Below are positions 1 to 8,942 of a DNA stretch of 64,000 nt, one piece after another. Origin of the DNA: a virus. The notes under the pieces are model-generated. The model was given only the letters and a program-made list of their open reading frames with translations, was not told where the DNA came from and searched no databases. The stretch is from the UHGV virus genome UHGV-1368191, one strand, 5' to 3'. The first letter of the stretch is position 1. Every line of letters begins with the position of its first letter. The position numbers and the translations under genes are program-made.

Positions 1-7
1 CAGTTTT

Positions 8-631
8 ATGCTCCAGGATACTCCTAGAGTAGGTAATAACTCTGGCAAGACCCAAGTTATTGACAAGTATGGAAGAACAGCTTGGGCTACTCCTGAAGAG
101 CTTAATAATAAAGAGATTCCTGTCTATAGCAATGGCAAGGCAGCTAATATATCCGCTGACTATAGGCCTGCTTATGTAGGAGAGGAAGAACTCATTAAGT
201 TCATGATAGCATGGCTTAATATCCCTAATCCTATGGATTATAATCGGGATACCAAGACTTGGAGTGACAAAGCTGATATGAGTGAGAGTGAAATCTCACT
301 TAACATGAAAGCTTTGTTAAAGGGAGATGTAAAGGAAATCTCCTCTATAACTCCAGCTGTAGCTCCTTATGCTGTTAAGGCATGCCTAGGGGTAAGAACC
401 ACTGATGAAGGAAGACAATATCAGTCTTTCTACAATAGGATGTTCTTGAGGAATAGTGAGTCTAACTATGGCAGGATTGACGCTGACATCAAAGATGCAC
501 AATCTAGGGGAAGTTTCCCTAATGTGGAATTCAGCACAGCTCCTCTTCATGAATATTCCGTTGAGTCTACACAATTGGGGAGTAAACCTGAACCTGCTAC
601 AGATAATCCATGGGATGCATGGGGTAAGTAA
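8..631 (+). CDS. hypothetical protein (possibly 5'-truncated by window edge)
   Basis: Long ORF with no in-frame stop between window start and the first ATG. No recognisable motif. Confidence 0.4.
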   Translation: MLQDTPRVGNNSGKTQVIDKYGRTAWATPEELNNKEIPVYSNGKAANISADYRPAYVGEEELIKFMIAWLNIPNPMDYNRDTKTWSDKADMSESEISLNMKALLKGDVKEISSITPAVAPYAVKACLGVRTTDEGRQYQSFYNRMFLRNSESNYGRIDADIKDAQSRGSFPNVEFSTAPLHEYSVESTQLGSKPEPATDNPWDAWGK

Positions 632-1636
632 TTGAATATTATTATGGCTATCAGCATTGGAAAACCCAGTATAATGGTGGATGATATATTATCAAAGGTA
701 ACAGAGATTGATATACTATACCACTATTTTGGATGTATTAAGTTTGGCACACCCATAAATTCTCCATTAAGAGAAGACAGACATCCTTCTTTTGTTCTTT
801 ATATCAATAAAGGAAGGGTTAGATTCAAGGATTTCTCAACTGGGGAAGGTGGGGGTCTATTTGATTTCCTAATGGCTTATTGGGGGGAGAGTTACAAATC
901 CACTTTAGAGAGGATTTGGGAGGACTTACCCAATATTTCCAATGCTGAGGCCAACAATAGCATTACTAAAACCCATTATATCAGTAGAATAAATAAGTCC
1001 TCAAGAAGTACAATGGAATGCAGGATAAGAAGTTGGAAGGACTATGATTTAGAGTATTGGGAGAGCTATGGTATAACTCTTCCATGGCTTAAGTGGGCTG
1101 ATGTATACCCTATATCACACAAGATTATCATAAAAGATGGCAAAAGGATGGTATTTAAGGCTGATAAATATGCTTATGCCTATATTGAAAGGAAAGAAGG
1201 CAATATAACTCTTAAAATCTATCAACCTTTTAATAGGGATGGATTCAAGTGGTGCAATAAGCATGATAAATCAGTTGTAAGTCTTTGGACTAGAATACCA
1301 GAATATGGTGACAGGGTGTGTATATGTTCTTCACTTAAGGATGCTCTCTGTCTTAGTTGTAATACAGGAATTCCAGCATTAGCTGTACAAGGTGAGGGCT
1401 ATGGTATGTCTGATACAGCCATAAATGAGTTAAAAAGAAGATTTAAGAGGCAATATGTTCTGTTTGACAATGATAAACCAGGAATAGAGGATGGAATAAA
1501 GCTTAGTCAAAGAACAGGATTTACCAATATTATATTACCCTCATTTGATGGAGGCAAGGATATATCAGACTACTTTAAGGTTTTAGGTAATAAAGAATTA
1601 TTCAGGAATAAGATATTAACTTTATTTGAGGAATAA
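632..1636 (+). CDS. DnaG-like DNA primase (degenerate Cys-less zinc-finger-like N-terminus plus TOPRIM domain)
   Basis: N-terminus 'SPLREDRHPSFVLY...FKDFSTGEGGGLFDFLMAY' parallels the DnaG zinc-binding pattern CPFHxEKTPSF...CFGCG..GD.I.F, with the cysteines replaced. Downstream TOPRIM-like signatures: 'VCICSSLKDALCL' and the DxD motif 'VLFDNDKPGIEDG'. Confidence 0.55.
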   Translation: MNIIMAISIGKPSIMVDDILSKVTEIDILYHYFGCIKFGTPINSPLREDRHPSFVLYINKGRVRFKDFSTGEGGGLFDFLMAYWGESYKSTLERIWEDLPNISNAEANNSITKTHYISRINKSSRSTMECRIRSWKDYDLEYWESYGITLPWLKWADVYPISHKIIIKDGKRMVFKADKYAYAYIERKEGNITLKIYQPFNRDGFKWCNKHDKSVVSLWTRIPEYGDRVCICSSLKDALCLSCNTGIPALAVQGEGYGMSDTAINELKRRFKRQYVLFDNDKPGIEDGIKLSQRTGFTNIILPSFDGGKDISDYFKVLGNKELFRNKILTLFEE

Positions 1637-2330
1637 GATTGATTCAGGGAACATAATATTAACACTTAAATTTGGTTTAGTTATGGAATCAAGAACTATT
1701 AAAATCATCAACAACAGAACACAGAGTCAAACAACTCTCTATACTTCAGCAGCCACTCTGGGAGAATTGAAAAATGAACTGGATAGTCGGGGTATAGACT
1801 ATGATGGACTGGATTTCTATTGTGGGGAAATGAGAGCTGAATTGAAGGAGGATTCAGCACCTCTCCCTGAGAAGGTAATGTGGAAAGGAGAAGAGAAGAA
1901 CTCCCTGACCTTCTTGCTTACCCCAACAAAGAAAATATCATCAGGTTCTAGGCGGGATATCTATGCCACTATCAAGAAATACAATCTGCAAGAAGTGGTA
2001 AAGGCCAAAACTGGAGCCAATTATACTCAAGTTTCAAATGATACCCTTGAGAAGATAATAAAAGACCATGTAAAAGATTCCTCTAAGGGTAATGAGGACT
2101 CCTCTAAGGGTAATGAAGGTTCCACCACTTGTCACACCAAAACTATAGAGGAGAGAGTCAAGAACCTGGAAGAGGCTTTTCTTAAATTGGTTGTAGCTCT
2201 CTATGATATGGATTTTCTTGACAGGGATATTTACTGTGAACTGGTTGAATGTATTGAGGACAGTGACCCTGAGGATGACTTCTTAAGTCAGAGTGAGATA
2301 GATGAGATGTTTGGTAGCTGGGCTAAATAG
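1626..2330 (+). CDS. hypothetical protein: candidate N-terminal ubiquitin-like beta-grasp domain (from internal Met at 1683), tandem SKGNE/D repeats, acidic C-terminus
   Basis: From 'MESRTIKIINN...TTLYTSAATLGELKNELDSRGIDYDGLDFYCGEMRAELKED...SLTFLLTPTKKISSG' the spacing of hydrophobic beta/alpha elements resembles ubiquitin (beta-beta-alpha-beta-beta-beta, ending L-x-L-L-x-x-x-x-SSG). Followed by a 21-nt tandem repeat at 2086..2127 (DSSKGNE x2). Confidence 0.4.
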   Translation: MRNKIDSGNIILTLKFGLVMESRTIKIINNRTQSQTTLYTSAATLGELKNELDSRGIDYDGLDFYCGEMRAELKEDSAPLPEKVMWKGEEKNSLTFLLTPTKKISSGSRRDIYATIKKYNLQEVVKAKTGANYTQVSNDTLEKIIKDHVKDSSKGNEDSSKGNEGSTTCHTKTIEERVKNLEEAFLKLVVALYDMDFLDRDIYCELVECIEDSDPEDDFLSQSEIDEMFGSWAK

Positions 2331-2340
2331 AATGAATGTA

Positions 2341-2373
2341 TAGGTAGGACTTACGTCCTACCTATTTTTTTTT
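2341..2373 (+). terminator. rho-independent terminator
   Basis: Perfect 10-bp stem taggtaggac/gtcctaccta with loop ttac, followed by T9, immediately after the stop of the upstream gene. Confidence 0.65.
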
Positions 2374-2381
2374 AATATTAC

Positions 2382-3686
2382 ATGGATAAGGTAGAATTTG
2401 AAAAGAGTTGTGCTATTCCCTTCTTTAATGAAGTATTAGAGTATCCTAAAAAGATTTATCGGATATTTGAGGACTTCTATGGAGAGGAGAGAGTAGACCT
2501 TCAAGGATTACCAAGCTATGGGAAAGTAGTTGACTTTCTTGATAATGCCTTTATAGGGATAGATACTCCCTCAAAAAGACAAACACTTATTGATAGAGCC
2601 CCAGAAGAGAATAAGGAAATAGTGAAAACTATAATCCTGGAAGCTATAAAAGAGAGTAGCCACATAGAATTTCGGAATAATCCATTTGCCATAAAGTATA
2701 TTTTTCCTTTGGTAAAAGACCGACTTATAGGGGAATTATCAGGGAATTATGAGGTAAATATAATGGTGTGGTTTCCTGATGTAACTGTTACTAATGAGTA
2801 TAATGAGTCTATTAATATAAAAGACTTATATGCCAAGGTTCCAATAAACCTCTTTGGGAGAAGTCTTGGAATGATAAAAATGAACAGGAGTACCTATACA
2901 GAAAGACAACTTAGTAGTGGGTATGTTCATAGTCATGTTCCCAGAATGAATCCTAATACTCGAAGGAATCTGACTTATTTTGAGAGAATTTGCATGGGAA
3001 CTGGTCCTATTAGAACCACTATAACTAACCTAGCTACGGAGTATGATGAAAATCTATGGGAACTACTATGCTTAGAGCTTGATAATTTCACTAAAGTAGA
3101 ATCCATATTAGGAGGTCCCTATGTTAAGTTAGGGGAGATAGGAGTAGGAAGCCAAACGACAATAGAGGGAATGTTTTCCCATAATAAACCTTTTACTGGG
3201 GCTACTTCTTTCAGTGTAAAAGACCTTCATGAATTCATCAAATGGCTTATTTCAAGAAGAGTTTTAAAGTTTTCTCTCACTCCCACTGGAGTGGCACTTG
3301 CTCAAAGTAGATATGATTTAGCTATTAAGATAAGCAATGAATTCCTGAAGTATATCAATATTAAGATCAGTGCTAAAACAGTAGATTATACAATTGACGA
3401 TTTAGTGAACTCCCTTGTATTAAGAAAACTCCTCATAAAGGATGGGAAATTCTATGCTGTAATTCCCATTTCTGATGACTATAGCACTTTAGAGGGAACT
3501 GACTTGTTCACCTTTAAGGGTAAGACTATAAAGCTCCACATAACTGAAGATACAGGGAATGGAGAGAATGTGGTTCTTTTACTGGGAGATGCTATTCTTC
3601 AAGATATATGTAGAATTATTTTGGAAATAATAAATTATCATTATGGAAGGGAAAACAGAGTTGATAAAGGAATCTACTTTATTTGA
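2382..3686 (+). CDS. hypothetical protein
   Basis: 434-aa ORF directly after the terminator. No confident motif. 'HSHVPRMNPN' was considered and rejected as a JAMM motif. Confidence 0.5.
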   Translation: MDKVEFEKSCAIPFFNEVLEYPKKIYRIFEDFYGEERVDLQGLPSYGKVVDFLDNAFIGIDTPSKRQTLIDRAPEENKEIVKTIILEAIKESSHIEFRNNPFAIKYIFPLVKDRLIGELSGNYEVNIMVWFPDVTVTNEYNESINIKDLYAKVPINLFGRSLGMIKMNRSTYTERQLSSGYVHSHVPRMNPNTRRNLTYFERICMGTGPIRTTITNLATEYDENLWELLCLELDNFTKVESILGGPYVKLGEIGVGSQTTIEGMFSHNKPFTGATSFSVKDLHEFIKWLISRRVLKFSLTPTGVALAQSRYDLAIKISNEFLKYINIKISAKTVDYTIDDLVNSLVLRKLLIKDGKFYAVIPISDDYSTLEGTDLFTFKGKTIKLHITEDTGNGENVVLLLGDAILQDICRIILEIINYHYGRENRVDKGIYFI

Positions 3687-4704
3687 TTTAGTGATTCCAG
3701 TGAGTGTTGAGAGAAAGATTAGGATTTTATGTAAAGAGATTCCTAATCTTGAGTGGTCTGGTATATTGTTTTATACAACTGAAGGGAGTTTTGATGATGG
3801 TTCCTTGAAGATTATATGCAAGGATATCTTACAAATGGATGAGGGAACTGGCACTTATACTGAGTTCCAAACTTCTCCTGATATAGCTACCTATTTGGTA
3901 AGTCATCCTGAATTGTGTAATATGTATCAAGGATTAATCCATTCACATGCTGGATTCCAGACTTTCTTTAGTGGAACTGACTTAAATACCTTGAAAGTAG
4001 AGGGCAGTGACATGGCTCATTTTGTATCTTTAATAGTCAATAATGAAGGTACTTATACAGCTGCTATAACAAGGAAAATCTTAGTGACTGGCCACATGAA
4101 AGAAACTATTCCTACATGGAATGGAAAGAAAGACACTAGGGAGTATGAAATCACTAATACGGAAATTCGATATCATTTCCTTAAAGTTACCAAGGAAATG
4201 CAAGAAACTCCTGATGATGATGAACTTCTTAATAGAATAGAAGAGATCAGGAAAGCCAAGAAAGAGACTTTAGCCAATAGGGTTTTCAATATCCCTGATA
4301 ATCTTTATAAGATACCTGTGCCTGAATCTGTGTCTCCTAGAGTTATTGATAGTAAAATGGATACACTAGTGAATAGTGTATTAAGACAACTTATATCAGG
4401 AACTCCTATAATAAACACCAAGAGGATGGACTTAAAAGCCTGGAGTGAAAACATAGAGAAAATCTATAGTAGGAGATTCAAGGACATACAGAGTTTCTCT
4501 AATTGGGCAGATTCCTATATTGATTTCCTTTTTAACTCCTACCAGTGTAGTGACTATGGATATAGTGATAATGAGGACTTTCACTTTCACTCTGACTTAG
4601 CAGAGGAACTTATTGATTCATTAGACCACTTAGGGAATAATGATTATTTTGATGCTTTTATTGAAATATTGAGTACTTATATTATAGATTATGGACATAA
4701 CTGA
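3643..4704 (+). CDS. JAB/MPN (JAMM) family metalloprotease-like protein
   Basis: Exact JAMM signature HxHx7Sx2D in 'LIHSHAGFQTFFSGTD' (nt ~3940-3981), with upstream Glu residues available for the E...HxH arrangement. About 200-aa C-terminal extension of unknown function. Confidence 0.6.
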   Translation: MEGKTELIKESTLFDLVIPVSVERKIRILCKEIPNLEWSGILFYTTEGSFDDGSLKIICKDILQMDEGTGTYTEFQTSPDIATYLVSHPELCNMYQGLIHSHAGFQTFFSGTDLNTLKVEGSDMAHFVSLIVNNEGTYTAAITRKILVTGHMKETIPTWNGKKDTREYEITNTEIRYHFLKVTKEMQETPDDDELLNRIEEIRKAKKETLANRVFNIPDNLYKIPVPESVSPRVIDSKMDTLVNSVLRQLISGTPIINTKRMDLKAWSENIEKIYSRRFKDIQSFSNWADSYIDFLFNSYQCSDYGYSDNEDFHFHSDLAEELIDSLDHLGNNDYFDAFIEILSTYIIDYGHN

Positions 4705-5716
4705 ATTAGAGGAATTGATAGACAGTGATATTACAGCTGAGAGTAATGAAGAACCTACGGGGATTTATGCTCCTATTCCTTACCCTAGTACTACTCAGAG
4801 TGATCTTTTAGTATCACAATTGTCTCAAGGATATCTTAAAATACACTCTATAGAACCATATGAGAGAGACTATAAGGTTATAGTCACTGATGACACAGGT
4901 AATTTCACTGCATATATAGTAGCTTATTCCTTGCTCTTAAGGATAAAAGAAGCAACAGAGCAATATGCTGCCAGTCAAGGAGCTGGTGTAAGTCCTAATT
5001 CCGCTTCCCTTGAATTTGATGAAACTACAAGCAGGTTCAATGGAGCTATTTGGTATGATAAAATCACTAACCAGCACATAATCCTTGCTGGATTAGGAGG
5101 AATAGGCAGTTGGACAGCATTATTGCTAGGAAGAATGAAACCAGCTCTTCTTGCATTGTATGATCCTGATGTAGTTGAAAGGTCTAATATGTCAGGACAA
5201 CTATATGGAGTATCTGAAATAGGATATAGTAAAGCAGCCTCTATAAGAAAGATTGTTAACTGGCTATCTGACTACTTTCCTTCAGCTCTGGATATGAGAT
5301 ATACAGGAACTTCACCAGCAAGAGATGTAATGATTTGTGGATTTGACAATATGGAGTCTAGACAACTATTCTATAAAAAATGGAAAGCTCATGTAAGTGG
5401 CTCAGAAGACAAGAAAAAATGTCTTTTTATAGATGGGAGATTAGCCGCTGAAAGTCTACAAGTATTCGCTATTACAGGTGATGACACCAGATCCATGAAA
5501 CTTTATGAAGAGAAATGGTTGTTTGATGATTCTGAAGCTGAAGCTACTGTTTGTTCTTATAAACAGACCTCCTTCATGGCTAATATGATAGCTTCCATTA
5601 TAACAAATATTTTCGTAAACTTTGTGGCTAATCAGTGTGATCCACCTTTCCCTAGGGAGGTTCCCTTCTTTACTGAATATGATGCTGCTACTATGTTCTT
5701 AAAGATTGAATCATGA
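4691..5716 (+). CDS. E1-like ThiF/MoeB-family adenylyltransferase
   Basis: Rossmann nucleotide-binding motif 'ILAGLGGIGSWTALLLGR' followed by 'LYDPDVVERSNMSGQLY' (cf. ThiF D.D.VE.SNL.RQ). 'MICGFDNMESRQLF' (cf. VDC.DN...R.L.N). Cys-containing segment 'CSYKQTSFMANMIASII...VNFVAN' at the position of the MoeB/E1 cross-over loop. Cys-free 120-aa N-terminal extension. Confidence 0.75.
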   Translation: MDITELEELIDSDITAESNEEPTGIYAPIPYPSTTQSDLLVSQLSQGYLKIHSIEPYERDYKVIVTDDTGNFTAYIVAYSLLLRIKEATEQYAASQGAGVSPNSASLEFDETTSRFNGAIWYDKITNQHIILAGLGGIGSWTALLLGRMKPALLALYDPDVVERSNMSGQLYGVSEIGYSKAASIRKIVNWLSDYFPSALDMRYTGTSPARDVMICGFDNMESRQLFYKKWKAHVSGSEDKKKCLFIDGRLAAESLQVFAITGDDTRSMKLYEEKWLFDDSEAEATVCSYKQTSFMANMIASIITNIFVNFVANQCDPPFPREVPFFTEYDAATMFLKIES

Positions 5717-6510
5717 GTGTTAGTAATCAATTTAAAGATACCCTCAAATCTATGTTTCGTACTCAATGGGTTAAAGATGAGATGTATATTAACCCTGGAA
5801 ACCTCATTAGTGGACTTAGTTATGGGGATGTATGGCAGTCTTTTATCAGTGTGGATTGCAGGGACTTTAGTAGTTTAAGAATACCTCTGTTTCTAGGTGG
5901 GTTCCGCAAACTTAACTCTGTTATAACCACTAATCTTAGATCAGACACATGGGATATGAAGTATTTGATGGTACCCCTGAATCTAGGCAAATATCGTGTT
6001 AATACCCTTAAGAATTTTAAGTCATCTCTTCGGGCTATAAAGGAGATGAATGAGGCTGAACCCAATTTTGGAAATCCTCTATGCCAAGTTAAAATAAATG
6101 ATACCATTTACTATGGAGGTAGGGGAGCTTACTTTGATTCTAAAGGAAATCCCCTACTTATGATAATACTAGAGTGTGGCATGCAAGAGGGATATCATGT
6201 TATAGACAGCAATTATAAGTTACAGATTAAAAATTGTTTTGTGTATATACACCCTAGAGTCTATACATCAAAAGGAGTGCTGGAGAAGTACATAGTATCA
6301 AAGATACTACCTTATGTAATTACCAATACTTTCTGTATAGGGACTTATAACTCATTCATGTCATCTTCCCATGACTTGTACTCCCCAGTAGTTATAATAA
6401 CTGACTTTGACTATATGTTCCACAAGCCTATTATAAATGAGAGTACCTCTAATGAGGAACTCAATGACTTGTTAATAGCTAATGTAGACAGTGTTGATAG
6501 ATTCACATGA
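5713..6510 (+). CDS. hypothetical protein
   Basis: ORF start overlaps the stop of the E1-like gene (ATGA overlap), suggesting co-translation. No motif recognised. Confidence 0.5.
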   Translation: MSVSNQFKDTLKSMFRTQWVKDEMYINPGNLISGLSYGDVWQSFISVDCRDFSSLRIPLFLGGFRKLNSVITTNLRSDTWDMKYLMVPLNLGKYRVNTLKNFKSSLRAIKEMNEAEPNFGNPLCQVKINDTIYYGGRGAYFDSKGNPLLMIILECGMQEGYHVIDSNYKLQIKNCFVYIHPRVYTSKGVLEKYIVSKILPYVITNTFCIGTYNSFMSSSHDLYSPVVIITDFDYMFHKPIINESTSNEELNDLLIANVDSVDRFT

Positions 6511-7220
6511 CACTAAAGGAGTACTTTGGAGATTGGTTGAAGGTATTTGACTATAAAGAATTCAATAGCATACTTGCACAACTTAACACATTATACAGAA
6601 CAAGATTAATATGCCCTAAGAAAGAAAATGTCTTTAGGGCATTTAATCTTTGTCCTTATAATAGTTGTAGGTGTATCTTTATTGGATATGACCCTTACAA
6701 TGATATTTATGAAGGAGAACCTAGAGCCACTGGTATTTTGTTTGGAAATAATAAAAATATCAGTGAAGACAAGTATTCTCCTTCATTAAAAATTGTTAAG
6801 AATGCCAGTATAGATTTGTGTATTCCACATAATTATATTACCTTTGACCCCACATTGGAGAGCTGGGCTAAGCAAGGAATCTTGATGATAAACTCAGCTC
6901 TTACTGTTGAAGCATGGAAGCCAGGTTCACATCTAATGCTTTGGAGGAAATTTATTTCCACTATGCTTAGTAATATCTCACAAATAGAAACTGGAATGGT
7001 GTATGTGTTATTTGGTTCTGAAGCTAAGACTTTTAAGCCTTATATAGGAAAGAATAACACTATACTTGAAGAGAACCACCCAGCTTACTACGCTAGGATG
7101 CATAAAGAAATGCCTCCAGGGCTATTCAGAGAGATTAACACTATTTTAAAACGTATATATAATTATCAAATCAAATGGTTTAATTATGAAAACAATGAAG
7201 AGGAATTACATTACTATTAA
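6507..7220 (+). CDS. ung: uracil-DNA glycosylase, family-1 (UNG)-like, variant catalytic motif
   Basis: 'IGYDPYNDIYEGEPRATGILFG' parallels UNG 'LGQDPYHGPNQAHGLCFS'. 'LMINSALTVEAWKPGSH' parallels 'LLLNAVLTVRAHQANSH'. 'VLFGSEAKTF...HPAYYARM' parallels 'LLWGSYAQKK...HPSPLS'. Confidence 0.65.
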   Translation: MTLKEYFGDWLKVFDYKEFNSILAQLNTLYRTRLICPKKENVFRAFNLCPYNSCRCIFIGYDPYNDIYEGEPRATGILFGNNKNISEDKYSPSLKIVKNASIDLCIPHNYITFDPTLESWAKQGILMINSALTVEAWKPGSHLMLWRKFISTMLSNISQIETGMVYVLFGSEAKTFKPYIGKNNTILEENHPAYYARMHKEMPPGLFREINTILKRIYNYQIKWFNYENNEEELHYY

Positions 7221-7653
7221 TTGTCATTCAATGGATGGAGTTTCAACTGAAGAGGCTGAAAAGTTCTTAGTGGAACTGTTTAAGAAAATGGGAATACTCG
7301 GAGAAGAGGAAGATGAAGAAGAAAGGGAAGCTGATAAAGTCATAGATCACTTAGCACACAGGTTGGAAATAGATGATCCAAGTGCTTTAGAGGATCTATT
7401 GAGTTGGATAGATAATGTTTCTGAGCTTTCTACTTTCCTTATTCTGGCTAAGGAATATGCCCTAATGCATAACTCTGGTACTCCTAAGGCTGATGAGTAT
7501 TATACTTTCAACATCCTTAATGGATGTATAATAAGGATTAAGGATGTGAAAGAGTCAGTTCTTAAGCAGATTCCCTACTTCAAAACTGTAGAAGAGGCTA
7601 AGAAGTGTAAAGAGGTATTATATCCTTGGTGGGAGAGTGTATATGGAGAATAG
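7186..7653 (+). CDS. hypothetical acidic protein
   Basis: ORF with a poly-Glu/Asp stretch (EEEDEEEREAD). Overlaps the end of the UDG gene. Confidence 0.4.
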   Translation: MKTMKRNYITINCHSMDGVSTEEAEKFLVELFKKMGILGEEEDEEEREADKVIDHLAHRLEIDDPSALEDLLSWIDNVSELSTFLILAKEYALMHNSGTPKADEYYTFNILNGCIIRIKDVKESVLKQIPYFKTVEEAKKCKEVLYPWWESVYGE

Positions 7654-8791
7654 AAAGATTAGGGGGGCTACTAAAGTCGAGGTTGGTGAAACTGTCTTCA
7701 AGAGTAAATTAGAAGCTAGAATAGCCGAGGCCTTTCAAGAACTAGGAATAGAGTATGAGTATGAGAAATACAAGATTACTTTATTACCTAGTTTTGACTA
7801 TGACAAGGAGCACTTTAGATCTATGATTTACACTCCAGACTTCAAGGTAGGAAATGCTATTATAGAAGCTAAAGGATTTCCCTCTGACGCTTGGAAAATA
7901 CGAAAGAAAATAATCATGTGGACCTTGAAGAACATTCCAGAATTGGAATATTTCGAGGTTCACTCTATTCAAGAACTTCTTGACATGGTAGAACAAGATG
8001 ATAGATTCCTAACCTATAATATACAGGTGTTTACATTGGATAATACTTTTGTTGGTGAGTACAATTCAGTTACTGATGCTGTAAATGAACTAAACATAAA
8101 GTCAAATAAGTCTAATATATTTTCTTGTATAATAGGAAAAAGGAATAAAGCTGGGGGTTATATATGGAAAAGAGTCTCCAGGGTATTTATTCCAGATGAG
8201 AATGAAGAATGGAAGGATGTCATTGGATTTGAAGGTCTCTACTATGTCTCTAACCTAGGAAGAGTAGCTTCAGCCCAATTCCATGGAATACGTAATTTCA
8301 GGTTAATGAGTCAGTTTTCTGATTCTTTGGGATATCACTTCGTGAAATTGAGGAATTGGAAGAAGGGTATAGTTATGAGTGCTCCTGTTCATAGATTGGT
8401 AGCTGAGGCTTTCCTCCCTAATCCTGAGAACAAACCTCAAGTAGATCATATTGACACTGATCCCTCTAATAATAATGTTGAGAACCTTAGATGGGCCACC
8501 AGCCTGGAAAACCAAAGGAATCCACTGACTTTAGAGAGATTACGTAGTTCCATAATCTCTATGAATAAACAGGGAATAGGACCAAAAGCAAGTGCTAAAA
8601 AGAAAAGAAAGAGAGTCGTATTCACTGATGGAACTTCTGTCACTAGATATGAATCAATTAGTCAAGCTTCCAAGGCTACTGGGCTTTCTACTTGCTCTAT
8701 ACAGAGATGGTGTAACAGGCAGATAAAAGGATGGAGTTATGAACAATCAGAACATACAGAAACTGATCAAGGAAGCGGAGGTAATACCTAA
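7637..8791 (+). CDS. HNH homing endonuclease (NUMOD4-like plus HNH plus NUMOD1-like HTH) with N-terminal PD-(D/E)xK nuclease-like domain
   Basis: N-terminus 'TPDFKVGNAIIEAKG' (PD-x(n)-ExK pattern). 'WKDVIGFEGLYYVSNLGRVAS' matches the typical N-terminus of HNH homing endonucleases. HNH core 'HRLVAEAF...VDHIDTDPSNNNVENLRWATSLENQRN'. Two 'GGYIWK'/'KGWSY' HTH-like segments. Confidence 0.7.
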   Translation: MYMENRKIRGATKVEVGETVFKSKLEARIAEAFQELGIEYEYEKYKITLLPSFDYDKEHFRSMIYTPDFKVGNAIIEAKGFPSDAWKIRKKIIMWTLKNIPELEYFEVHSIQELLDMVEQDDRFLTYNIQVFTLDNTFVGEYNSVTDAVNELNIKSNKSNIFSCIIGKRNKAGGYIWKRVSRVFIPDENEEWKDVIGFEGLYYVSNLGRVASAQFHGIRNFRLMSQFSDSLGYHFVKLRNWKKGIVMSAPVHRLVAEAFLPNPENKPQVDHIDTDPSNNNVENLRWATSLENQRNPLTLERLRSSIISMNKQGIGPKASAKKKRKRVVFTDGTSVTRYESISQASKATGLSTCSIQRWCNRQIKGWSYEQSEHTETDQGSGGNT

Positions 8792-8942
8792 GTTAGAATA
8801 TAATCCAGACATCTTCAAGTTCAGGACTAATGTCATGGCTACTGTCAGGGCAGTTAAGAGAAGATTGGGAGTACTGGAGTCTCTACTAGGGGAAATAGAA
8901 TTTGAGATAACTTTAAATCATTTAGATGATGAAGAGCCTTAA
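8739..8942 (+). CDS. hypothetical small protein
   Basis: 67-aa ORF bridging two genes. No motif. Confidence 0.3.
   Translation: MNNQNIQKLIKEAEVIPKLEYNPDIFKFRTNVMATVRAVKRRLGVLESLLGEIEFEITLNHLDDEEP

Noticed and set aside
2382-3686. 'HSHVPRMNPNTRRN' in the 434-aa protein as a second JAMM motif
   Set aside because: Spacing gives Thr, not Ser, at +8, and Asn, not Asp, at +11; no upstream Glu context. Treated as coincidental.
5820-6107. 95-aa minus-strand ORF within the 265-aa plus-strand gene
   Set aside because: Embedded antisense ORF in a co-directional plus-strand operon.
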